From: Alphaproteobacteria bacterium
GTDB lineage: Bacteria > Pseudomonadota > Alphaproteobacteria > SP197
DNA length: 64,000 bases
Direction of reading: 5' to 3'
Assembly: GCA_964291415.2 (NCBI GenBank)
Contig: OZ219920.1
Location: forward strand, 736,001-800,000
The translations under genes were made by a program, and so were the position numbers. The first letter of the stretch is position 1. Every line of letters starts with the position of its first letter. This document shows, in pieces, positions 1 to 10,358 of the stretch. The notes under the pieces were generated by a model. The model saw nothing but the letters and a program-made list of their open reading frames with translations. It had not been told where the DNA came from and did no database searches.

Positions 1-1
1 G

Positions 2-706
2 ATCGACGGGTGGCGCCAGCGCAAGTCGTTCAGCTACAAGCCCTCCGACACCCTGATCAAGCCGCAGCATGCCCTCGAGGTTCTCAACCGGCGTATCTCC
101 GGCAGGGATGATGTCTACATCACCACCGAAGTCGGCCAGCACCAGATGTGGGCGGCCCAGTTCCTGCACTTCGAGAAGCCGAATCACTGGATGACCTCGG
201 GCGGACTCGGCACCATGGGCTACGGGCTGCCGGCGGCGCTCGGCGTCCAGATTGCCCACCCCGACGCCCTTGTCATCGATGTGGCGGGCGAGGCGTCGGT
301 GCTCATGAACATGCAGGAGATGTCGACGCTGGCGCAGTACCGCTTGCCGGTCAAGGCGTTCATTCTCAACAACAGATGGATGGGGATGGTGCGTCAGTGG
401 CAGGAGTTCTTCTTTGGCGGACGCTACTCCGAGAGCTACATGGATTCTCTGCCGGACTTCGTGAAACTCGCCGAGGCCTATGGTGCTGTCGGTCTGCGGG
501 CCACAACGCCGGACGAACTCGACGATGTTGTCGACGAGATGATCGCCACGCCCAGCGCGGTGATCGCCGACATCGTCGTCGACCCGGACGAAAACGTCTA
601 TCCGATGATCCCGGCCGGCGCCGCCCACAATCAGGTCACCATGAGTCCCGATGAGGAAGTGGTGCTCGATCAGGTCCACAAGGAAGAAGGCATGGTCCTG
701 GTCTAG
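2..706 (+). CDS. ilvB: Acetolactate synthase large subunit, 5'-truncated by the window edge
   Basis: Frame is open from base 2 (…ITTEVGQHQMWAAQF…); TSGGLGTMGYGLPAA and TPP-binding GEASVLMN…NN motifs; followed by ilvN and ilvC. Confidence 0.95.
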   Translation: MDGWRQRKSFSYKPSDTLIKPQHALEVLNRRISGRDDVYITTEVGQHQMWAAQFLHFEKPNHWMTSGGLGTMGYGLPAALGVQIAHPDALVIDVAGEASVLMNMQEMSTLAQYRLPVKAFILNNRWMGMVRQWQEFFFGGRYSESYMDSLPDFVKLAEAYGAVGLRATTPDELDDVVDEMIATPSAVIADIVVDPDENVYPMIPAGAAHNQVTMSPDEEVVLDQVHKEEGMVLV

Positions 707-717
707 GGTCCGAACGC

Positions 718-1242
718 ATGCCTGCCGCCGAGAAGAAGACCGTTTCCACACGGAAAGCGACGATTGCCGTCCTGGTCGACAATGAACCGGGTGTGCTGGC
801 GCGCGTCGTCGGGCTGTTTTCCGGGCGTGGCTACAACATCGATTCGCTGACCGTCAACGAGGTCGACGAGGCCGCCGGGCTGTCGCGCATCACCATCGTC
901 ACCAGCGGAACCGAAATGGTGATTGCCCAGATCATGGCGCAGCTGCAGCGCATCGTGCCGGTGCACAGGGTCTGCGATCTCGTGACGCAAGGCCTGCACG
1001 TCGAACGCGAGCTGGCTCTCGTGAAGGTGGCGAGCAGTGGCGACAAGCGTGTCGAAGCCCTGCGGATCGCCGACATCTTCCGCGCCAGGGTTGTCGACAG
1101 CACCATCGGATCGTTCGTGTTCGAGATCACCGGATCGCTCGACAAGATCTCGGCATTTGTCGATCTCATGCGCCCGCTGGGGCTGGTCGACGTCTCCCGC
1201 ACCGGCGTCGCCGCCATTTCCCGCGGTCCCGATCCGATCTGA
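718..1242 (+). CDS. ilvN: Acetolactate synthase small regulatory subunit
   Basis: ACT domain [27 protein letters not shown]; ERELALVKV; SRTG. Confidence 0.95.
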   Translation: MPAAEKKTVSTRKATIAVLVDNEPGVLARVVGLFSGRGYNIDSLTVNEVDEAAGLSRITIVTSGTEMVIAQIMAQLQRIVPVHRVCDLVTQGLHVERELALVKVASSGDKRVEALRIADIFRARVVDSTIGSFVFEITGSLDKISAFVDLMRPLGLVDVSRTGVAAISRGPDPI

Positions 1243-1268
1243 AATCACCACCTGTCCGGAGCATTGCC

Positions 1269-2288
1269 ATGCGCGTCTATTACGATCACGACGCTGATCT
1301 CAACCTCATCAAGGCCAGCAAGGTCGCGATCATTGGCTATGGAAGCCAGGGGCACGCCCATGCGCTGAATCTGAGGGACAGTGGCGCGAAGGACCTGGCG
1401 ATCGGGTTGAGACCGGGTTCGGCAAGCGCCCCCAAGGCCGAGGCCGAGGGACTCCGGGTCATGGGCACCGCCGAGGCGGCCAAGTGGGCCGACTTTGTCA
1501 TGGTTGTCACTCCCGACGAGGGACAGCGACGCCTCTACAACGAGGACCTCGCCCCCAACCTTCGTGACGGCGCGACCCTTGCCTTTGCCCATGGGCTCAA
1601 CATTCACTTCAATCTCATCGAGCCCCGTGCCGATCTCAACGTGATCATGGTTGCGCCCAAGGGCCCCGGGCACACGGTGCGTGGCGAGTATGCAAGGGGA
1701 GCGGGCGTCCCCTGCCTGCTGGCGGTGGCCCAGGATCCCGGCAGCCTTTCCCACGAGACCGGTCTGAGCTATGCCTGCGCCATTGGCGGCGGGCGGGCAG
1801 GCGTCATCGAAACCACGTTCCGGGAGGAATGCGAGACCGATCTCTTCGGCGAACAGGTGGTGTTGTGCGGTGGCCTGACGGCTCTCATCATGGCCGCCTA
1901 CGAGACCCTGGTCGATGCCGGCTACGCCCCCGAAATGGCCTATTTCGAGACCCTCCACGAGGTGAAACTCATCGTCGATCTGATCTACGAGGGCGGTATC
2001 GCAAACATGCGCTATTCGGTGTCCAACACGGCCGAGTACGGCGACTACACCCGCGGTCCCCGCGTCATCGATGACGAGACGAGGCTGAGGATGAAGACGA
2101 TCCTCGCAGAGATCCAGGCGGGTCGCTTCGCCAGGGACTGGATGCTGGAGAACGAGGTCGGGCAGACGAGTTTCAAGGCGATGCGCCGCCGCGCCGCCGA
2201 ACATCCCATCGAGGAGGTCGGCGAGAGGCTCCGTGCCATGATGCCGTGGATCTCCGAGGATCGCCTCGTGGACAAGTCACGAAACTGA
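1269..2288 (+). CDS. ilvC: Ketol-acid reductoisomerase
   Basis: [48 protein letters not shown]. Confidence 0.97.
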   Translation: MRVYYDHDADLNLIKASKVAIIGYGSQGHAHALNLRDSGAKDLAIGLRPGSASAPKAEAEGLRVMGTAEAAKWADFVMVVTPDEGQRRLYNEDLAPNLRDGATLAFAHGLNIHFNLIEPRADLNVIMVAPKGPGHTVRGEYARGAGVPCLLAVAQDPGSLSHETGLSYACAIGGGRAGVIETTFREECETDLFGEQVVLCGGLTALIMAAYETLVDAGYAPEMAYFETLHEVKLIVDLIYEGGIANMRYSVSNTAEYGDYTRGPRVIDDETRLRMKTILAEIQAGRFARDWMLENEVGQTSFKAMRRRAAEHPIEEVGERLRAMMPWISEDRLVDKSRN

Positions 2289-2337
2289 CTCGCCTTTGTC
2301 CGATTGCATTCGAATGTGCGGGGCAATCATGATATGA

Positions 2338-3477
<1,140 letters not shown>

Positions 3478-3511
3478 CGGTGGTTCCGCAGTGAGAGGTG
3501 GTGACTGACGC

Positions 3512-4372
3512 ATGCTGAAGCTTGTCCTGCTCACCCGCCAGACCACCCAACGCTTCGCACTGCCCTTTTTCGTCGTCGCCGCCCTCGCCTTCATTCTCAT
3601 GAGCCGCACGGACAATCCCTGGGTCATCGACGCCCGCACGCGCACCCTTGACGTGCTCGCCCCTGTCATCGATGTGGCCTCCCGCCCGGTGTCGGCGGTC
3701 AACGCGGCGGTGGATTCAGTCAACAACTGGCTTGCCGTTGCGGCCGAGAACGAGAAACTGCGCCGCGAGAATGCACGCCTGATGCACTGGCAGGCGGCGG
3801 CGCGCCAGTTGCTCGCCGAGAATCGCGAGTTCCGCGCACTTCTTTCCAGTGTCGCCGAACCTCGCGCGGCCTTTGTCACGGCCCGCATCATCGGTCATTC
3901 CAGCGGTACGTTCGTCAGGACGGCGGTCCTCAATGCCGGAAGCCGTGACGGTGTCAGGGTAGGGCAGGCGGTGGTCGCAACCCATGGTCTCGTGGGCAGG
4001 ATCACGGAGACGGCACGGCACAGCAGCAGGGTTCTGCTGCTGACCGATCTCAACAGCCGTATCCCGGTTGTCTTCGAATCCAGTCGCAAGCCGGCCATCG
4101 TCAGCGGTGACAATTCGCGCGTCCTGTCGCTGTTGTTCACCGAGTTGGCAGGCACCATCGATTCCGGCGAGCGACTCGTGACATCGGGCGAGGGCGGGAT
4201 GCTGCCTCCCGGGATCCCGGTGGGAATTGTCACCGGTTCACAAGGCGGTCTTCCCCGGGTGACGCCCTTCGTCGACCCTGCCCGCATCGAGCACGTGCGC
4301 GTCCTCGACTACACGCTGCCCGGTCTCATGCAGACAACACGCGAGGCCGGCATGCTGGAACCGCTGTGGTAA
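3512..4372 (+). CDS. mreC: Rod shape-determining protein MreC
   Basis: N-terminal TM segment, coiled coil (ENEKLRRENARL), GLVGRI, VLLLTDLNSRIPV, TSG.GG..PPGIPVG; synteny. Confidence 0.92.
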   Translation: MLKLVLLTRQTTQRFALPFFVVAALAFILMSRTDNPWVIDARTRTLDVLAPVIDVASRPVSAVNAAVDSVNNWLAVAAENEKLRRENARLMHWQAAARQLLAENREFRALLSSVAEPRAAFVTARIIGHSSGTFVRTAVLNAGSRDGVRVGQAVVATHGLVGRITETARHSSRVLLLTDLNSRIPVVFESSRKPAIVSGDNSRVLSLLFTELAGTIDSGERLVTSGEGGMLPPGIPVGIVTGSQGGLPRVTPFVDPARIEHVRVLDYTLPGLMQTTREAGMLEPLW

Positions 4373-4905
4373 TCGAGGGCTGGGGCGCAAGCCTGAAGCG
4401 CCGGGCGGTATCGTTCCTGCCCCTGGTGTCGGGCGTTGCTCTCGTGCTCGTGACCGCGACGCCGCTCTATTTCGGCCATGTCGGCGATGTCGCCCCGCGC
4501 TTCGGAGTGACCGCCGTCATCTTCTGGACTGTCTACCGCCCCGATCTCTTCGGCTACGCCTCCGCCTTCTGTCTCGGAATCGTTGCGGATCTCATGACCG
4601 GGCTTCCGCTCGGCATCACGGCGCTCGTCCTTGTCATGGTCCGTTACGGTGTCTTCACGCGCCGCCGCTACTTCCTGCGCAAGTCCTTCCACATCGTCTG
4701 GGCCGAGTATGCGCTCGTGGTCATTGCCGCGGTGGTCATCGACTGGATGCTGGCGGCTCTCTATCTGTGGTCCTATCCCGGACTGCTGGTCCATGTGTTC
4801 CAGGTCCTGTTGACCGTGGCCCTGTTCCCGGCAGTCTACTGGCTCCTCGCGCGGTGTCAGGATCTGGTCTCCCTTGCCGGACGGGAGGCTGCCGGCTCGG
4901 GCTGA
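4366..4905 (+). CDS. mreD: Rod shape-determining protein MreD
   Basis: Polytopic membrane protein with FWTVYRPD and GIVADLMTGLPLG, between mreC and mrdA. Confidence 0.88.
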   Translation: MVIEGWGASLKRRAVSFLPLVSGVALVLVTATPLYFGHVGDVAPRFGVTAVIFWTVYRPDLFGYASAFCLGIVADLMTGLPLGITALVLVMVRYGVFTRRRYFLRKSFHIVWAEYALVVIAAVVIDWMLAALYLWSYPGLLVHVFQVLLTVALFPAVYWLLARCQDLVSLAGREAAGSG

Positions 4906-4906
4906 C

Positions 4907-6766
4907 ATGCGGGAGGACTTCGAGCAGCGAACTCTGGTGAACCGGCGCTCGGTCGTCCTCTTCGGCGTGAAGGGATTGCTGGTGGCCGCGGTGGCCGGGC
5001 GCCTCTACGAGTTCCAGGTTGTCGATGCGGCGCGCTACCAGCGCCTGTCCAATGACAACCGCATCAGCATCCGCCTGCTGCCGCCCCGCCGCGGACTGAT
5101 TGTCGACCGGTTTGGCAAGGGCCTGGCGGTCAACCGGCCCACCTATCAGCTGATCATGACTCCCGAGCAGACCGGCGACGTCGAGATTACCCTCGAGCGC
5201 ATTGCCGCGCTCATCGATCTTGATGACGGCACCATCGCGAAGGTGCTGCGCAAGATCGGTGTCCAGGAGGGATTCATCCCCGTCACCGTGCGCCAGAACC
5301 TGTCCTGGCGGGAGGTGGCGCGCATCGAGGTGAACCTGCCGGTGCTGCCGGGCATCGTCATCGAGACGGTCCCGCATCGCCACTATCCCTTTGCCGGCCT
5401 CGTGGCCCACGTCTCGGGTTATGTCGGTGAAGTGTCGCAATCCGAACTCGAGGGCGACAAGGTGCTGAGATTCCCCGGTTTCCGCACCGGCAAGACGGGA
5501 ATAGAGAAGGTCTACGAGCACCAGTTGCGGGGAACGCCGGGCACGCGCCAGGTCGAGGTCAATGCAGTGGGACGCGTCATCCGGGAGATCGAACGCCGCG
5601 AGGACGATCCCGGTTCGGACATCCGCCTCACGATCGACATGGCGCTCCAGGAGTTCGCCGTACGCAGAATGAAGAACCAGACGGGGTCCGTGGTCGTTCT
5701 TGACGCTCTCAACGGCGATGTGCTGACCCTGGCATCGGTCCCGAGTTTCGATCCCAATGTGTTCAACTTCGGACTGACCGGGGATGCCTGGCAGGCCCTG
5801 CTCAACGATCCTCGCTCGCCCTTGCTCAACAAGCCCGTTGCCGGCCAGTATCCCCCGGCCTCGACGTTCAAGATGATGGTGGCGCTGGCGGCGCTGGAAG
5901 CCGGAGCCGTGACCCCTGCGACAACCATGCACTGTTCCGGCAGCTTCACCCTGGGTGACCGGACTTTCCGATGCTGGCGGCATTGGGGCCATGGAGAGGT
6001 CAGTCTCATCGATGCCCTGAAGGCGTCGTGCGACGTGTACTTCTACGAGGTGGCCCATCTCGTCGGAGTGGACCGGATTGCCGCCATGGCCCGGCGTTTC
6101 GGCCTTGGCGAAACGACGGGGATCGAGCTCACCGGGGAACGGGCCGGGCTGGTTCCCACCGCGGCCTGGAAACGGGCGGTCCATGGCGAGCCGTGGTACG
6201 GCGGCGACACGATCAATGTCGGGATCGGGCAGGGCGATGTCCTCACCACACCCCTCCAGCTCGCTGTCATGACGGCCCGTCTCGCCAACGGGCACTTTCG
6301 GGTGACGCCGCGCCTGGTGCGTCGCTCCACCGGGGCCGAGGTGCCCGGATTCGACGCCCTTGATGTCGACGAGGCTCACTTGCAGGCCGTGCGCCAGGGC
6401 ATGGTTGACGTGGTCAACAACGCCGACGGGGGGACGGCCTACACTGCGAGGATCCAGGACGAGGGCATGGAGATGGCCGGCAAGACCGGCACCTCCCAGG
6501 TGCGGCGTCTCAGGAAGGCCGAACGGGAAGGTCGGTTGAGTGAGGAGGACATACCCTGGGCTGAACGGGACCACGGTCTCTTCATCGGCTATGCCCCGCT
6601 TGACGAACCCCGTTATGTCGCCGCTGCGATTGTCGATCACGGCGGGGCCGGGTCCAGATCGGCGGCACCGGTGGTGCGTGACGTGTTGCGTGAGGCGCAG
6701 AGGCGGCAGTCGATCCGCTGGAACACCGGCGACGACCCATCCGGCCAGGCGGAAGGGACCGCGTGA
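4907..6766 (+). CDS. mrdA: Penicillin-binding protein 2
   Basis: SxxK (STFK), SxD (SCDVYFY) and KTG (GKTGTSQ) motifs; N-terminal TM segment; ATG at 4907. Confidence 0.95.
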   Translation: MREDFEQRTLVNRRSVVLFGVKGLLVAAVAGRLYEFQVVDAARYQRLSNDNRISIRLLPPRRGLIVDRFGKGLAVNRPTYQLIMTPEQTGDVEITLERIAALIDLDDGTIAKVLRKIGVQEGFIPVTVRQNLSWREVARIEVNLPVLPGIVIETVPHRHYPFAGLVAHVSGYVGEVSQSELEGDKVLRFPGFRTGKTGIEKVYEHQLRGTPGTRQVEVNAVGRVIREIERREDDPGSDIRLTIDMALQEFAVRRMKNQTGSVVVLDALNGDVLTLASVPSFDPNVFNFGLTGDAWQALLNDPRSPLLNKPVAGQYPPASTFKMMVALAALEAGAVTPATTMHCSGSFTLGDRTFRCWRHWGHGEVSLIDALKASCDVYFYEVAHLVGVDRIAAMARRFGLGETTGIELTGERAGLVPTAAWKRAVHGEPWYGGDTINVGIGQGDVLTTPLQLAVMTARLANGHFRVTPRLVRRSTGAEVPGFDALDVDEAHLQAVRQGMVDVVNNADGGTAYTARIQDEGMEMAGKTGTSQVRRLRKAEREGRLSEEDIPWAERDHGLFIGYAPLDEPRYVAAAIVDHGGAGSRSAAPVVRDVLREAQRRQSIRWNTGDDPSGQAEGTA

Positions 6767-7932
6767 TGGTGGCGTTGACGACCCATCCCCTTGCCACCGG
6801 CACCCGTCTCATTGGCGGCAAGCTCGTCAACATGGCCTGGGGCCTGCTCTTCCTGCTGGTTCTGGTCGCCGGCTTCGGGTTCCTGATGCTCTATTCGGCG
6901 GCAGGAGGAGACTGGAGACCATGGGCGCTGCCCCAGATCATGCGGTTCGGAGCAGGCGTGGCCCTCTTTCTTGTCATCGCCATGATCAACATCCGTCACG
7001 TGCATCGCTGGGCCTACGTGATCTACGCCGGAGCGCTGGCCCTGCTTCTCGCCATGGAGATACCGGGAGTCAGCGGCGTCGGCGTACATCGCTGGATCCA
7101 GGTCACGCTCGGTGGCATGAAGTTCCAGTTCCAGCCATCGGAACTCATGAAGTTTGCCGTGATCCTGGCGCTTGCCCGCTACTATCACGGTCTGGCGCTC
7201 AACGTTGCCCGGCGCTGGACCAGCCTGCCGGTTCCGCTGATCCTCATCCTCTTGCCCTCTGTCCTGGTGGTCCGCCAGCCGGACCTCGGGACCGGTCTCC
7301 TGATGGTTGCGGGCGGCATCCTGCTGATGTTCCTGGCGGGCGTCCGCAAGCGCTGGTTCATCGCCGGATTCTCGGCCGTGCTCGGTATGGCGCCGGTGGT
7401 CTGGTATGTGCTCCTGCCCTATCAGAGGGACCGTGTGCTGACGTTCCTCAATCCGAATCTCGATCCCCTGGGCGCGGGTTACCACATCCAGCAGTCGAAA
7501 ATCGCTCTCGGCTCGGGGGCCGTGTGGGGCAAGGGACTGTTCAACGGCACCCAGAGCCAGCTCAATTTCCTGCCCGAAAAGCACACAGACTTCATCTTCA
7601 CCATGCTCGCCGAGGAGTTGGGGCTTGTCGGTGCGCTCGGTCTCATCCTTCTCTACTGTTTCATCGTGCTCTACGGGGTCAGCGTCGCTTCCAGAAGCAG
7701 CAGCCAGTTCGGCAGATTGCTGGCTCTTGGAATTGTGTCGACCTTCTTCCTCTACGTCTTCTCCAACATCGCCATGGTGACCGGACTGATTCCCGTCGTC
7801 GGCCTGCCCCTGCCCCTGATGTCGTTTGGCGGCACGGCGATGCTGACCCTGATGATGGCCTTCGGACTGCTCGCCAGCGTCCACGTGCATCGCGACACGG
7901 AAGTCCCCCGCCACACCACAGGTCTCATCTGA
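6763..7932 (+). CDS. rodA: Rod shape-determining SEDS protein RodA
   Basis: QPSELMK, QPDLGT, LPEKHTDFIF, LPLMSFGG. Confidence 0.95.
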   Translation: MMVALTTHPLATGTRLIGGKLVNMAWGLLFLLVLVAGFGFLMLYSAAGGDWRPWALPQIMRFGAGVALFLVIAMINIRHVHRWAYVIYAGALALLLAMEIPGVSGVGVHRWIQVTLGGMKFQFQPSELMKFAVILALARYYHGLALNVARRWTSLPVPLILILLPSVLVVRQPDLGTGLLMVAGGILLMFLAGVRKRWFIAGFSAVLGMAPVVWYVLLPYQRDRVLTFLNPNLDPLGAGYHIQQSKIALGSGAVWGKGLFNGTQSQLNFLPEKHTDFIFTMLAEELGLVGALGLILLYCFIVLYGVSVASRSSSQFGRLLALGIVSTFFLYVFSNIAMVTGLIPVVGLPLPLMSFGGTAMLTLMMAFGLLASVHVHRDTEVPRHTTGLI

Positions 7933-8059
7933 CGACCCTGAACCCCGAAGATTGAGTGTGGACAGGAAGCGGGTTGCGGCTGCTTCCCTTGCATGCGGCA
8001 CGATCATCCACGCCGCAGTCGGATAGGTGCATGTGCCCGGTACATCCGTCCCCGCAGCG

Positions 8060-8485
8060 CTATTCCCAGGGATCGTAGCTGCCGAAGTTCCAGAGATTGC
8101 CCTCGGGATCGCGGCAGGAGTAGAGGCGCCCGCCGTGGTCCTGATCCTCCGGTGCCATGACCACCCGCGCCCCGGCGGCGACGGCGCGGGCATGGTGCGC
8201 GTCGACGTCGTCCACGATCACGTAGGCGCTCTTGGAGACAGGGCTGTCGGCCGTTTCCAGCGGTTTCTGAAGCGCGCCGAATTCGTCGTCGCGGGCCGAA
8301 CCCAGCATGATCATCCCGTTGCCGAAGACGAGCTGGGCATGGGCGATCGTCCCGTCCTCACCGGGTACGACGAGGTGCCTCTCGAATCCGAATGCCTCAC
8401 ACAGCCATGCGACGGCGGCCGGAGCGTCCCGGTAGCGCAGCGACGGAACGATGGTGGCCGTAGTGTTCTTCGCGAGGTTCGCCAT
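8060..8485 (-). CDS. VOC family (glyoxalase/bleomycin resistance) protein
   Basis: PSLRYRDAPAA, HAQLVFGNGMIMLGS, DVDAHHARAVAAGA, RDPEGNLWNFG; purine-rich RBS before the ATG at 8485. Confidence 0.88.
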   Translation of the reverse strand: MANLAKNTTATIVPSLRYRDAPAAVAWLCEAFGFERHLVVPGEDGTIAHAQLVFGNGMIMLGSARDDEFGALQKPLETADSPVSKSAYVIVDDVDAHHARAVAAGARVVMAPEDQDHGGRLYSCRDPEGNLWNFGSYDPWE

Positions 8486-8758
8486 CGACGCATCCCCTCT
8501 TCCATGACAGTCGCGCGCCGGCGATCTTGCCGTCTCTTCCAGGGTCTGGCAACGCATCGGCGCGGGCGCCACAATCGGCTCCGTACGCGGAGGAAAGGGA
8601 AGGTGAATTCCGGCTCCAGCGACCCCTGCTTCTGCCAGCTGATCGTCGAACAGCCGCCGCTGTCTCGCCGCGACGGCGGTGGGGGCTGTTTCCTCACTGG
8701 GGACCGCTGAAAGCGTGCGCACGGCCAATCTTGAAGGACGTTGAGTCGCCTCGGGCGT

Positions 8759-8842
8759 CTAGAGCGAGCCGAGCAACAACAGCACAGTCAGAATCACGAC
8801 CGGGATGGCAAAGGCGAGCACGACATGGTCGACAGGGCGCAT
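8759..8842 (-). CDS. Possible 27-aa hydrophobic small protein or leader peptide (MRPVDHVVLAFAIPVVILTVLLLLGSL)
   Basis: ATG..TAG ORF below the ORF-track cutoff, with an uninterrupted hydrophobic stretch of about 20 residues; weak RBS. Confidence 0.4.
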   Translation of the reverse strand: MRPVDHVVLAFAIPVVILTVLLLLGSL

Positions 8843-8982
8843 GGTTCATGTCTGGCGGCGCGAGCGTCTCACGTCAATCGCCGTTCAGGCGAGATGGCGC
8901 TCCGATTGGCGGCAGGGCCGATTTGCGCGATCTCAACAATGCGTCGTGTGACCCACGGATCATTGTGTGCATTGGCGGAAAA

Positions 8983-9058
<76 letters not shown>

Positions 9059-9158
9059 GCCAAGGCGATGCAGTCTATATCAGGGGAGTTGCTCGCCTGT
9101 CGAGATGAAAGGTCTCGCATATCGGGTTACAAGAATACGGCGAAGGCGGAGTCGGCCC

Positions 9159-10238
9159 ATGACACGCGAACCGCAACGGGCTCTGGGTGCTATCTGGTAC
9201 ACCGATCGCGGACTCTTCATGGAAGAGCGCAGGAAGATCTTCGGTCACACCTGGCAACTCGTCTGCCATCAGTCCGAATTGCCCCGCCCCGGAGACTATG
9301 TCGCCCGGCAGGCGATCATGGCCATTCGCCATCCGTCGGGGACGGTGAAGGCCTTTCACAACGTCTGCCGGCATCGGGGTCACGAGCTCCTGGCCGGCAA
9401 GGGCAACAGGAGGCTCATCACCTGTCCCTATCACGGCTGGTGCTACGACCTCGACGGTGGTCTGAAAAGTGCCCCCGGAAGCGATGACGTTCCGCACTTC
9501 GATGCCGGCTCCATCCGCTTGGGCGAGGTTCGCTGCGAGGTGTTCTGCGGCTTCGTTTTCGTCAATCCCGACCGGGAGGCGCTTCCCATGGCGCACTGGT
9601 ACCCCGGCGTCGAGGAGGAAATGCGCGACCTTGTGCCCTTCATCGACAACCTCCGGCTCGTGGACGAGGTGGTCGTCGAGGAGGCGTGCAACTGGAAGGT
9701 CTCGGTGGAGAACTACAACGAGTGCTACCACTGCAAGCTGCGCCATCCGACGCTCTCGAACGGCGTCCTCGATCCCGAGAGCTACGACATCCGGCCGCAA
9801 GGCTATTGCCTCCGGCACACGACCACCGCGGCGCAGTCCGATGCCATGACCTACGGCATCGATGTCTCGGACGAAGGCGCGTCCTCCTACAGTTCCTGGT
9901 ACCTGTGGCCGACCTGTTCATTCCAGGTCTACCCTGGACGCCTTCTCAACACGTTCCACTGGGAGGCGGCAAACCACGCCACGGTGACGGTGCGGCGCGG
10001 CTGGTACGTCCGGAATGGCGAGAGCGACGCCACGGCCCGCCAGCTGGCGCGCCTCGATCGGGAAACCACGCTGGCAGAAGACATCGACATCGTGGAATCG
10101 GTTCAGCGTGGCCTTGAAAGCGGCCACTACGAACCGGGTCCGCTCGTCGTCAATCCCCGGGGCGGCGTGATGAGCGAGCACTCGATCGCCACCCTCCAGC
10201 GCTGGGTGCGCGACGCCCTCGAGACTCCGGCGGCGTGA
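9159..10238 (+). CDS. Rieske non-heme iron oxygenase alpha subunit (CntA/choline monooxygenase-like)
   Basis: Rieske motif CRHRG…CPYHGW, NWKVSVENYNECYHC…HP, ED..IVESVQRGL; GGAG before the ATG at 9159. Confidence 0.88.
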   Translation: MTREPQRALGAIWYTDRGLFMEERRKIFGHTWQLVCHQSELPRPGDYVARQAIMAIRHPSGTVKAFHNVCRHRGHELLAGKGNRRLITCPYHGWCYDLDGGLKSAPGSDDVPHFDAGSIRLGEVRCEVFCGFVFVNPDREALPMAHWYPGVEEEMRDLVPFIDNLRLVDEVVVEEACNWKVSVENYNECYHCKLRHPTLSNGVLDPESYDIRPQGYCLRHTTTAAQSDAMTYGIDVSDEGASSYSSWYLWPTCSFQVYPGRLLNTFHWEAANHATVTVRRGWYVRNGESDATARQLARLDRETTLAEDIDIVESVQRGLESGHYEPGPLVVNPRGGVMSEHSIATLQRWVRDALETPAA

Positions 10239-10358
10239 TCCTCGCCTGGCCGGGTTCGGCCGGTCCGCATCAACTGCCCTTGAAGGTGAGCCGGTGCGGC
10301 CGTCGACACGTTGGTTTGGGGTGAGTTCGGGAGCGGCAAGGCGCCGCGTTCACGGGTC

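Noticed and set aside
8486-8728. N-terminal extension of the VOC ORF, and similar extensions on mreB, hisG, groS/groL, potB and hipA
   Set aside because: Family similarity begins at the downstream starts, several of which also have a better RBS
7933-8982. Possible genomic island integrated at the 3' end of tRNA-Lys
   Set aside because: No integrase and no duplicated tRNA 3' end (att) found by eye
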